Shown here: piece by piece, positions 8,701 through 17,200 of the stretch
Position numbering within the stretch: the stretch's first letter is position 1
How the letters are laid out: each line of letters begins with the position of its first letter
Source of the DNA: Calditrichota bacterium
GTDB taxonomy: Bacteria > Electryoneota > AABM5-125-24 > Hatepunaeales > Hatepunaeaceae
Assembly: GCA_016867855.1 (NCBI GenBank)
Contig: VGIO01000002.1
Location: forward strand, 1-51,125
Reading direction: 5' to 3'
DNA: 51,125 nucleotides
The notes under the pieces: model-generated
Seen by the model: only the letters and a program-made list of their open reading frames with translations
The model's database searches: none
Told to the model about the DNA's origin: nothing
Program-made: the position numbers and the translations under genes

Positions 8701-10016
8701 AGTTTCTGACCGTTGCGGATCTGGCGTTGAATATCCCGCACGCGAAAGCCATTTAGATCCGACCAACCGCGATAAAGGACGAACGACAGACCGGCGTTTA
8801 TGTTTGTCGAAAGAAAATTCGTCGGGTCAACCTGTTGGTCTTGCGCCGAATAATATAATTCGTTCACTGTAACAAAGCCATTTTGCCGAACCAGTTCGCC
8901 GAACCACTCGCAGACATCGATGGACGAGCGTCCGCTGCGGCTATCGGTCGCTGCTACCGCCGCCTTCAACTGCCAGTTGCGGTCGTTATTCTGCCCAATA
9001 TAAGGCGTCGATTCATATTGGATAATTTTATTGACCTGCGTGTTCAACATTTCGATATTGTCGAAAGTAATCCGTCCGATAGCCGCTTCCGGCAGATAAT
9101 CGTTGCCTTCCAACAGCGCGTAAGGCTGGTCGGACTCGTAAGGATAGCGCGCGCCGTTGGCGATATCATAATAGGCAAGCGTCCGGTTATTGCCCATCAT
9201 CCCCGGCGCATCGCCGACCAGGACAATGAATTCCGGTGGAATCTCCCATTCGTTATAGGCTTCACGTAAGGCATTTTGGATGACAAACCGGTCGGTATTT
9301 TGCGCGATGCGCAGAACCTCGACCTTCCAGCCCATCCGCCGCCGCCATTCGACCAGCGGCGCCAGCGCGTTGTTCACATCGTTATAATTTGGCGTAACAT
9401 AGACGATTGAGCCGCCGATCATATCGTCGTCGCGATGCAGCGCCGGCGGATTGACGACCATCTGTTCGAGCAGTTTACGAATGTAGCGTGACGGACGCGG
9501 TTTGGCCGGGTCAGAGACCAAATTCGTTCGGTTGGCGCTGGATGTGAAATCAAGTTCGACTTCGGCGCTCGTCAGCCATTCGATTTCTTGAGTCTCCAAA
9601 TTGAATCTCATAGGGGAAATCAAGAGCGGCGCCAGTCGGTAGCCGCGCATAACCGCCGGCGCGCCGAGACGGACGAATTCGAAGGGAAGATCACGCTGGA
9701 AAACCGGAGTGTCGGAGCGCCTAACTGTTTGGGTTGTGTGATTGTTGAGTTTGACATCTACACCGCAGTCGGGCGGTATCAACACCCAACAGATCTGAAT
9801 AGGTGGCTCAGACTCAGCCGTCAGGCTCAAGATTTCCACCCGCGGCGGGGCGCCGAAGTTCACCTGCAGCCGGGCAGAAGCCGGCTCGTCGGAAATTAGT
9901 TGGACGCTCGTATCGTGATTTAGAGCCGATGCGGCGCTGGAGTTGGTTGTTATTACAGAAAAGGAGACGAATGCAGATAGCAATATCCGGGCGATGGGAC
10001 TTTTAGTTGTCGGCAT
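5778..10016 (-). CDS. T9SS-secreted peptidase C25 (gingipain-like) family protein with C-terminal Por sorting domain
   Basis: Signal peptide from the internal Met 'MPTTKSPIARILLSAFVSFSVITTNSSAASA', so start set at 10016. 'YVTPNYNDVNNALAPLVEWRRRMGWKVEV' and 'FIMLATCNTGEY' resemble the C25 N-terminal/catalytic-Cys region. Has an acidic linker 'DDDDEGASSGDDDGEAEP'. The last ~80 aa 'NYPNPFNARTTLNYSLP...GVYFGRLEAGNLTKTVKLLLVK' is a classic T9SS CTD. Confidence 0.7.
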   Translation of the reverse strand: MPTTKSPIARILLSAFVSFSVITTNSSAASALNHDTSVQLISDEPASARLQVNFGAPPRVEILSLTAESEPPIQICWVLIPPDCGVDVKLNNHTTQTVRRSDTPVFQRDLPFEFVRLGAPAVMRGYRLAPLLISPMRFNLETQEIEWLTSAEVELDFTSSANRTNLVSDPAKPRPSRYIRKLLEQMVVNPPALHRDDDMIGGSIVYVTPNYNDVNNALAPLVEWRRRMGWKVEVLRIAQNTDRFVIQNALREAYNEWEIPPEFIVLVGDAPGMMGNNRTLAYYDIANGARYPYESDQPYALLEGNDYLPEAAIGRITFDNIEMLNTQVNKIIQYESTPYIGQNNDRNWQLKAAVAATDSRSGRSSIDVCEWFGELVRQNGFVTVNELYYSAQDQQVDPTNFLSTNINAGLSFVLYRGWSDLNGFRVRDIQRQIRNGQKLPFIMLATCNTGEYVTGSQDSPYGYTERFVNLSVGAIGAVGAAGATHSAYNNLIASATLRAPFVDKVYAQGWALQMGKLALVKAYEGRGDINHEENSNMQAWLTLYYIYNLMGDPAVELYTAVPRRLAVSRPDQMRQGETHYSVQVRYADDNRPAAEANVCLYKAQGFQLMQRADQNGRVDFVLQPEWTQSGQIKFTISGPNLIPILADLNIAQALVMFGIEQIVIDDDDEGASSGDDDGEAEPLETLELSLRIKNCGTTRPNGNMTAVLRSVSSLLTVENDTLVFNVAPGPGVRQEAVYQIVVGGGCPNGMEAKFILEVIAGGQSYVNSFSFPIYAPQLEFANLEWAGEPLRPGRAEALSIWLTNIGADAAPDVGAELISFTPTITVPFARSSFAGIDIRQRGMSDRGLWLEADIRHIAGNNADLALILQAQNGFCDTAFFSLPIGRAQADQPFGPDKYGYICIDDIDLTWENRPSFEWIELNPRLGGRGTNTGLTDFGEERDASCVVRLPFTFRYYGRDFDSLTICTNGWAAFGNHSALVSARNRQIPGGEVVSAMLCPFWDDLLTTVNNGVFYWYDRDNRVFVVEWCQMRKLGQQGNGEPLETFEIILYDPAVHRTATGDGEIVFQYQDIIDTRSCFQQWDTPFATVGIGSPDQSDGLQYTYWGALHPGATDLVDNRAIKFTTERSTAVGFVRGIVSDAMTGEPLSNARVRLSLGNQTTTNESGEFFFANLPVSRDVSATVDCLFYNDSTRGGLEIIANDTIEANFALLKPLFSLDRELFEIRLSQVQIVADSFLIRNSGSGSLTFSSQLTAPGVKWLTWTPHIGMLNAGDSLFIRLDFDPTELTEGIYTTNIQFTHNARPGFGLLPIRLSVALATPNEGDNQPLTFAVESNYPNPFNARTTLNYSLPVDGEVILTVVDIHSRVQVVVHQGYKLAGRHKIEFDGGALPAGVYFGRLEAGNLTKTVKLLLVK

Positions 10017-10704
10017 CGATGTATCTTTCTTGTGAGCGCGAGAGTTATTAATAGTGTGAGTGCGCAGGTGTGACTTTCGACTCACGGAACTGATGATTTA
10101 TTTCTTAAGTTTTATCATAGCAAATAGCGTGCTAAAAAAATTCCGGCTGAACGCTATGGTGGAAGAAAAGCGGTATCGATAGAATTGGGCTGCTATAAGG
10201 CTTGAAAAAGGGAACATTTTAAAGCGGCAAGGCGAGCAGGTTGTCCGAGAGTGTCTTTTTCCGTTGCTGCACCACCGTGGTTGGCAGCGGAAATATTTAA
10301 ATTACAATACCCTGCTGTTGACTACGGCGAGTCGATGGCAGGCATTTTCACTTTCGCGGACAATCCGGGAGGCTTTCATCGACGGTATGTTGATTCTTCT
10401 AACGCTTGCATGAGAATAAATTCACAACGTATTTAATGGATGAATCGGATTAGGATACACATACATCGAATTTTGTCAACCTTCTGCGGTTGACAGTCAT
10501 CTTTAACGCATCCTTTAAAATCTATGAAAGAGAGCCCTAATTCTTAAATCTTATGCGAACATTTTGCACACCTGCTGTTAATTTAATCGCAGATTTTCTA
10601 AATCAGGTTATAGCTCAGCGTGCAATATCTGCACTTATCATTCTCTCGCTACAATACTCATCCACTCAAGCGCTCATCGTCATCAATTTTGCACATCCCC
10701 TTTA

Positions 10705-10731
10705 GTTCCCTCCGCCGAACGGCGGGGAGAC
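10705..10731 (-). terminator. GC-rich hairpin downstream of the HD-GYP regulator gene
   Basis: 'CCCTCCGCCGAACGGCGGGGAG' gives a stem of about 8 bp located 60 nt after the stop. It is followed by (CAT)8CAC at 10737-10763. Confidence 0.45.
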
Positions 10732-10791
10732 TCTTTCATCATCATCATCATCATCATCATCACATTATTGTTCACTCAAGCGCTCATCCGT

Positions 10792-12117
10792 TTAAGCGCC
10801 CCGCTTAGGCACATACACTCTGACTTTCGGGTTCTTGCCGGTCTGCACAAACTCATTGATTAACCTTTCGATGGAACGCTCGGTGAGAATGACCCCGCGC
10901 CGTAGAAGATATAAATCTTGGGCATTGTAGAGATCCTGCGCCAGGCGCATTCCGGGACGGAGGGCGCTGATTTTCAAATCCATCGGCGTTAAATTTGACC
11001 TCTCGTGCTGCAGATTGCCGAGCGCTCGTATGGCGCAATCGACTAATGTGCGGTCATAATAGATATCTACTTTACGTCGCAGATGGTCGAGGCATTGTTT
11101 GAACTGCGGGTCGAGTCCGGCTGGCGAGCGGCTGTCGCATAAACCTTCGTTGTAGCGGTCCACGCCGTCGGCAATTCTTAAGATGCGGCTGGTAAAGAGC
11201 ATCTCCGAGCCTAACTTGCCGGCAGGAAAGCCCGACCCGTCGAAATTTTCGTGATGTTCTTCGATAATCATCCCCACCTGCGCAAGACCGGGCACCGATG
11301 AGACGATAATCCCTCCGATGCTCGGATGTTTTTGATAAGCCGCCAACTCGTCGGGATTCATATCTTCGGGGCGTTTGTGCAGCGTCGCTTCCGGCAGATT
11401 GAATTTGCCAATGTCGTGCATCAACGCCGCCAGACTCAAATTCCGCATATTGACCGGCGGCAAACCGGCTTCCTTGCCGATGCGGTTCGCCAGATCCTCG
11501 ACCCGCGCAATATGGCTGCTTGCCCCCTCGCGCGATGATTCCATCATTTCCGCCATCATCCGCACCGAGCCGATGTAGTCCCGCTCCATATCCTGCTGCT
11601 GTTTCTCGAGTTCGGTGATGGTCTTCTTAAAATGCCCCTGAATATCTTCGAGTTGCGCGCCGAGAGTAGTTGTTACATCTTTGAGTTCGGAGACGACTTT
11701 GCTGCGCATATCAGTCAATGCTGCCGGTTGCGATTTGTGCATAGTCGCTTTATGGTCGAGGATACCGCGGATGTTGGCTAATAAATACTTCATCGAAAAC
11801 GGCTTGGAAATTATCATCCGCACGCCCATCGACATCAATTCCTGAAAGATATTGGTTTCTTCGACGCCGGTCATTACGATGATAACCTGCTCAGGGTCGC
11901 GTTGGAAAATCTCCTTGATTAGGTTATAGCCGTGCATCTTGGGCATCTTCAGGTCGGTGAGTATTATGTCGTAGCGCTGCTGGTCATAGAGCGCCAAGGC
12001 TTGCTGCCCATCCGGCGCGTAGAAAGTTTGATAGCCCAAATCGGACAGGAACTTCCGAATAGGCTGTCCTATACTCGGCTCGTCATCGACGATTAATATG
12101 CTGTGGAAAGACTCCAT
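10792..12117 (-). CDS. response regulator with receiver domain fused to an HD-GYP c-di-GMP phosphodiesterase domain and a C-terminal DUF3391-like domain
   Basis: Receiver 'ILIVDDEPSIGQ...DIILTDLKMPKMHGYNLIKEI'. HD-GYP motifs 'LMHDIGKFNLP' and 'HHENFDGSGFP'. Confidence 0.85.
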   Translation of the reverse strand: MESFHSILIVDDEPSIGQPIRKFLSDLGYQTFYAPDGQQALALYDQQRYDIILTDLKMPKMHGYNLIKEIFQRDPEQVIIVMTGVEETNIFQELMSMGVRMIISKPFSMKYLLANIRGILDHKATMHKSQPAALTDMRSKVVSELKDVTTTLGAQLEDIQGHFKKTITELEKQQQDMERDYIGSVRMMAEMMESSREGASSHIARVEDLANRIGKEAGLPPVNMRNLSLAALMHDIGKFNLPEATLHKRPEDMNPDELAAYQKHPSIGGIIVSSVPGLAQVGMIIEEHHENFDGSGFPAGKLGSEMLFTSRILRIADGVDRYNEGLCDSRSPAGLDPQFKQCLDHLRRKVDIYYDRTLVDCAIRALGNLQHERSNLTPMDLKISALRPGMRLAQDLYNAQDLYLLRRGVILTERSIERLINEFVQTGKNPKVRVYVPKRGA

Positions 12118-12120
12118 AGA

Positions 12121-12197
12121 ATAAAATTGCTAATGCTAATGCTGATGTTGATTTTTCAAACCTTTTATTATCAGCATCAGCATCAGCATCAGCATTA
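12121..12197. repeat. intergenic hairpin built from hexamer repeats: (GCTAAT/GCTGAT)n on one arm and (ATCAGC)4 on the other
   Basis: 'TAATGCTAATGCTGATGTTGAT' ... 'ATCAGCATCAGCATCAGCATCAGCATTA'. The right arm abuts the TAA stop of the flotillin gene, and the left arm ends 4 nt before the ATG of the HD-GYP gene. Confidence 0.7.
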
Positions 12198-14129
12198 TTT
12201 AACGTTGAACTTCTTAATGAGCGTTCCTGCCAGTCCTTGAATCGCTCCGCCGTCGCCGCCGAGAACAAGCACTTCCGGCATAATCCGCTGGCTGCCTTTG
12301 GCGTCGGAGAGGGCGGTTACGATGTTGACGGCTGCGGTGGCATCCTTGCCGAGGGCTTCGACCTGCGCTTTATAAGCGGTGGCTTTGGCGAGCCCGACCG
12401 CTTCGACTTCAGCGCCTTTAGCCGCGCCGGTCTGACGGATGTATGTGGATTCGCCGTCGGCTTTGGCTTTCAAAGCGTTGGCATTGTTGCGTTCTATTTC
12501 GACATTGACGGTCGAGCGGGCTAAATCCAACTGCATATCAGCGGTGCCGCGGGCGTGCTCGGTCTGGATGCGCTGCTCCTGGGCTTCCTGCTGGCGTTTG
12601 TAAGTGGCGACCTCCTGCGCGGCGATTTCCCGCTCGGTCAACACTTTAACCAGCGCTTCAGGCAGTATGACATCCTGAATATAGACGCCCTTGGTCTCGA
12701 CATCATAGTCTTCCAATTGCCCGCGAATATGACGCAGCGCGTCCTGCTGCACGGCTTGGCGGGTCTGGATAAATTGCACGGCGGGCATAGATTGCAGTTT
12801 ATCGCGGAAGTGGTTGCCGACGGCGGCTTGCAGCACTTCGTTGACAAGACTCTGCATTGTGCCTACCATTGAGATGACACGCGGCGCTTTAGTGTCCGGC
12901 ACATGGATTTGCACCTGCAAATCGATATGGAACACGAAACCTTCGCAACTTTTGGCGATGATTTGGCTGAGCATTCGGTCGAGGTTATGCGCTTCGGAGA
13001 TGGCTTCAGCCCAATTGAGCGTCAGGATGGCAGTGGGGACAATCTCGGCTTGATAACAGCGCGGATTCATAGGGTATTTGCCGGTGCGCAGTGGTTCGCG
13101 CCACACGCCGCGATGCCCCGGCACGACCAGCGAGCCGTATTTGAACTCCATCCCGGATGTATCCTGCGTTACTAAGCCGACATAAGATTTTATAACCGCC
13201 ACCTCGCCCTGCTTGACGACTAACATCGGCACCATCTCAACCGAGACTAAAAACGGATTCAGATTGAACATTCCGTAGAGCAACGGGTCGTGCTGCAAGC
13301 CGATTTTACCGCCTTCATCCAGAAATTTCTGGAAGTCCTGGTAGTTGTTGTGGAGATTATTTTTACTGCCCAGCACCATCTCCATAATTTCAGCGTCGGA
13401 TTTACCGGCGGCTTCGGCGGTGATGATATCGGTGAAACTTGCCAGTCGGCTGGCGATGTCTCCAGCCGGCAGCGGGTCGCCTTCGAAGGTCGTTATTATG
13501 CCGACCATATCCTGAATTTCACCGGTCTTGGTCTGATGCGGCGCGATGCGCACGACCTCCAACTGTTCCGGCATCAATCCAAACGCCAGCGGCGATAAAC
13601 GCCCATCGCGCTCAACCTTCTTCTGCAGGTCGGCGGCAATCGGCACGCCATAGACCTGACTCTTGCAAATTATCAGAAAGCCTATGGGGTGAATTGGAGC
13701 CAATGTTCCCGGCGGCAGCGCCGGCCGCTGGACGCCTTTCTCACCGCCGTTGTCGATGAATTGGCGGACATTAGTGAAGTTGCCTAATCTCGGATTATAG
13801 CGCGCCGACTTAGCGCCGATGGGCAGCGGCTTACCGACCTGCGCGATGACCACGCCGATTTCACCGGCTGGCACCTGCACCCAGGGATGCTTTTCGACGC
13901 GATAGACGATCCAGAACTTCCAGCGTAATCCGGGCATAAGCATATCGGCTTGATAGCCGGCTTCGCCCTCGAACGCCAGCGGGCTGTCTTCGCTCAATTT
14001 CTTATAAGAAAAGCGTTTGATGACCAGCCCGACCTGCGTCGGACCAATACGGTGAATGGACGGCAGTATCAGCGCGATGAGTATAAACAGCAGCGCGCCG
14101 ACGCCATAAAAATAGATGGAAGCGGACAT
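12195..14129 (-). CDS. flotillin-like SPFH/band-7 domain protein (YqiK/FloT family)
   Basis: N-terminal TM helix, SPFH-like core, and a long C-terminal A/E/Q/K-rich coiled coil ('EAQEQRIQTEHARGTADMQLDLARSTVNVEIERNNANALKAKADGES...'). Confidence 0.75.
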   Translation of the reverse strand: MSASIYFYGVGALLFILIALILPSIHRIGPTQVGLVIKRFSYKKLSEDSPLAFEGEAGYQADMLMPGLRWKFWIVYRVEKHPWVQVPAGEIGVVIAQVGKPLPIGAKSARYNPRLGNFTNVRQFIDNGGEKGVQRPALPPGTLAPIHPIGFLIICKSQVYGVPIAADLQKKVERDGRLSPLAFGLMPEQLEVVRIAPHQTKTGEIQDMVGIITTFEGDPLPAGDIASRLASFTDIITAEAAGKSDAEIMEMVLGSKNNLHNNYQDFQKFLDEGGKIGLQHDPLLYGMFNLNPFLVSVEMVPMLVVKQGEVAVIKSYVGLVTQDTSGMEFKYGSLVVPGHRGVWREPLRTGKYPMNPRCYQAEIVPTAILTLNWAEAISEAHNLDRMLSQIIAKSCEGFVFHIDLQVQIHVPDTKAPRVISMVGTMQSLVNEVLQAAVGNHFRDKLQSMPAVQFIQTRQAVQQDALRHIRGQLEDYDVETKGVYIQDVILPEALVKVLTEREIAAQEVATYKRQQEAQEQRIQTEHARGTADMQLDLARSTVNVEIERNNANALKAKADGESTYIRQTGAAKGAEVEAVGLAKATAYKAQVEALGKDATAAVNIVTALSDAKGSQRIMPEVLVLGGDGGAIQGLAGTLIKKFNVK

Positions 14130-14182
14130 TTGTAAAGAACTCCTATAGTGTATATTTACAAGGCTTTAGGCTTTTAGTATCT

Positions 14183-14219
14183 CCCCCCTGCTATTTGCAG
14201 GGGGGAATCAAAGGGGGGT
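14183..14219. repeat. C6-TGC-TATTT-GCA-G6 hairpin followed by 'AATCAAAGGGGGGTA' (C-rich hairpin family); likely terminator for the Type IIG gene
   Basis: Perfect 9-bp stem. Same architecture (hairpin + AAAGGGGGGT) as at 5557-5593. Confidence 0.6.
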
Positions 14220-14239
14220 AAAATCCATTCGATTCTATT

Positions 14240-17200
14240 TTAAATCGAAGCCTCCACAGTCGCAATCTCAGCCGAAGTCAAGCCATACAGTTCATAGACC
14301 TGCCGGTTGATTTCGCGGTCGATTTCGTCGATTTGGGCTCTTATCCGCCGTTTCTGAATTGCCGTAAAAGCCTCTTTTAAGTCGGAATTAAGTTCAAGAA
14401 TTCGATTTACATTCGATTCGAGTTGGGACTTTTGTTCAGATCTTTCATTGATTACTAAAATCGGAACATCATTCATATATGTATTAAACAAGCGGATTCT
14501 TCCTCGCCGATCAGGGTCGCCTAAAACAGCACAAGACCTGATTAAATAACTCCAAATTAGTTTAGAATTTAAAATACCAATTAGATATATCTCTTCGGTT
14601 GGCATAAGATAGCAAGTATTTATATAATAATAACATCTATCATCCCAAGCGAACCTGCTTTCTTTTGCTATATCCGGCCACACGATTTTCGGTTTTTCAA
14701 ATTCCTTATAATAGCCTGTAGTCGCCTGCAACTCATACCATTGGTATTTGCCGGGCGCCCGGCCTATCTCGTCCAAGCGATTGACTTTCGGCGTCAATTT
14801 ATCTTTCCAGCGCGTTAAGTATTCCTCAATTATCGGATACTCTTCTATGTTTATGCCTTGTCTGGCGAAAATGATATATCGTTCGCGGTAGTTAATATGG
14901 TATCTACGCACATCATCGCCGACTACGAATGGCTTGATAACCTCTTCTGACGCCGGGTCATCTTTGATAAGTTTCTCTCTCGTCCGGGCGTTAATCACGA
15001 AAGCCTCATTGAACCCGGTTACAATGCCGCGGTAAATCTTCCCTTCGACATATTCGCCGAGCGGCGTTCCGACGGCTTTCATCTTCTCCAATACATCAGT
15101 TACACTCTTATTTACGAGGGCGAAACCGTTCACCGACAGCGCAGCCTCTTCGACCTCGAAGCCGCCGGTCTCGAAATCGGTTATGATAGTCTCCACACTC
15201 TCGGCTTTATCCCATTTCTCGGCTTGAAGCCCTTTCATTGGAACATAATATGGTCTCTGTTTCGGTGGATTCTTCTCTGCAATCATCACTAAGGGGAAAG
15301 TCGAACTGCTGGCGAAGACTTTGAGTTCACCGAAGTCGATTAGTTTCTCTATCTGATATTGTTTAATGAACTCTCTCAACTTTTCGCCATAGCGGGCGCG
15401 CATCCATTTATTAGAAACTATCATCCCAAACCTGCCGCCGGGCTTGAGCAGATTCAAGCCCTTCTCGATGAAAGCGACATAGAGGTCGGTAGAAGCGGAT
15501 GTTGTAATATAATACCGCTCCAAATAATCTTTCAGTTCGGTGATGCTCTCCTGCCGGACATAGGGCGGATTGCCGATTACGGCGTCGAAACCGAATACCT
15601 CCCCATTATGGAAGACTTCCGGAAATTCTAAATCCCAGTGAAAAGGTATCCGCTCATTTTGGATCTTGGTAATCTGCGCCCAAATATCCGTAAATCGCGA
15701 GTTTAATTCTGTCGAAGGTTCTCCGGCTTTGTGTTTAAGAAGGTCCAAGGCTAATTCCCTAAAAGCGCCATCGTCCAGCGCAGCGCCTAAGTCGAAAGCC
15801 GTGCGAATATCCGCGACTGTCCGGAAAGGCTTTAAATTTTCCCGCACTTGTTGGAAATAAAGCGCTTCTTTTTGTTTTACGACTTCGACACTGTCGCTGA
15901 CCTGGGCTGTTATCAAAGTTAGAGAATCAACAGATAGACGCAGCGCCTCATCCAATCCTTCGACAAGGAACAGAGGCGCGGTCGAACCGTCTCTGGCGGG
16001 CAGCCGGTTTAGTTCTTCGACTCGGTTGCCGACTAAAGAGTTTCCAGTCCGCAAGTGATGGTCGAGGAAATTCAAAGGCTGGTCGGAGGCGATGCAGGTC
16101 AGCCATAGGGAGAGTTTAGCCAGTTCGACGGCTAAAGGATTTTTATCGACGCCATAGATGCAGGATTCTACTACCCGCCGCCGCCAATAAGCAATTTCCG
16201 CCCAATCGTGAGAAACGCCGGGCATTGGAACCGGAACGCCTAAACTTGTCGTCGGATGCGCGGCAATTTCGAAAGCCAGATACTCTGTCGCGCGGACCAA
16301 AAAATGTCCGCTGCCCATCGACGGGTCAAGGATTTTTAATTTCAGAACATTATTTGCAAAGGAATTATCTTTAATACCATTCGCGATGGCAAATTTAACC
16401 GCGGCGAGATTTTCTATTTCATCGATTAGGGGCTTTAAGGTCCGGGCTGTGATATATTTTACTACATAGTCGGGCGTATAATAGGAGCCTGTATCCTTGC
16501 GTTCGCCATTTCCAAACTTGAGGTTAAACCGGTTGGCTTGATTAAGAACTAAATGATATTCTAACAGCCCCTCGTAAATCGAACCTAATTGGCGGACTTC
16601 AAGGTCGGAGTAGTCGATATACTCGCCATAACTTACTTCGATAGTTTCATTATCATTAGAAGGCAAAGGGGTATAGATTAATCCTCTTAAAATCTCCGTC
16701 AAGGACGCATCGCCGATTTTCCATTTTTTACGAAATCCTTCGGTTCTTTCCGGGTCGAATAATCCGCCATTATAGCGCGGAATGCCGCATACCTCGTTCA
16801 TACTCTCATCATCGCCGTTAATCAAGGTAAATAGTTCATCGATTTCGTTATATAGGCGGGTATATGCCAAGTCATACTCTGCATTGAGCGAATTCCGAAT
16901 TCGCTCGCGAAGTCTGAACAACGAGAATCGTTCGCGGTAGTCCTTCGTGGCGCCAAAGCCATAAGTTTGAACCGGCAGCAGACCTCTTCCTTCCGCATAG
17001 AGAATGAACAGCAGGCGATACAGGAATATCAGGCAGGTATTATATAATTCGGTGATGTCAGTTGGCTTAATCTTGTTTTTCTTCAGTTTATAAAATCCAT
17101 TCGCAATCTTTTCGACGAGTTGATAAACGCGCTTGCGCAGGTCGCGCTCCAAATCCGACTGATGGACGAGAGACTGCGACCTGAGTTTGTCGAGTATGCA

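Noticed and set aside
10620-10808. His-rich ORFs (HHHHHHHHH) at 10620-10808 and 23430-23654
   Set aside because: They are produced by translating the (CAT)n and (ATG)n microsatellites located in intergenic regions. There is no coding context.
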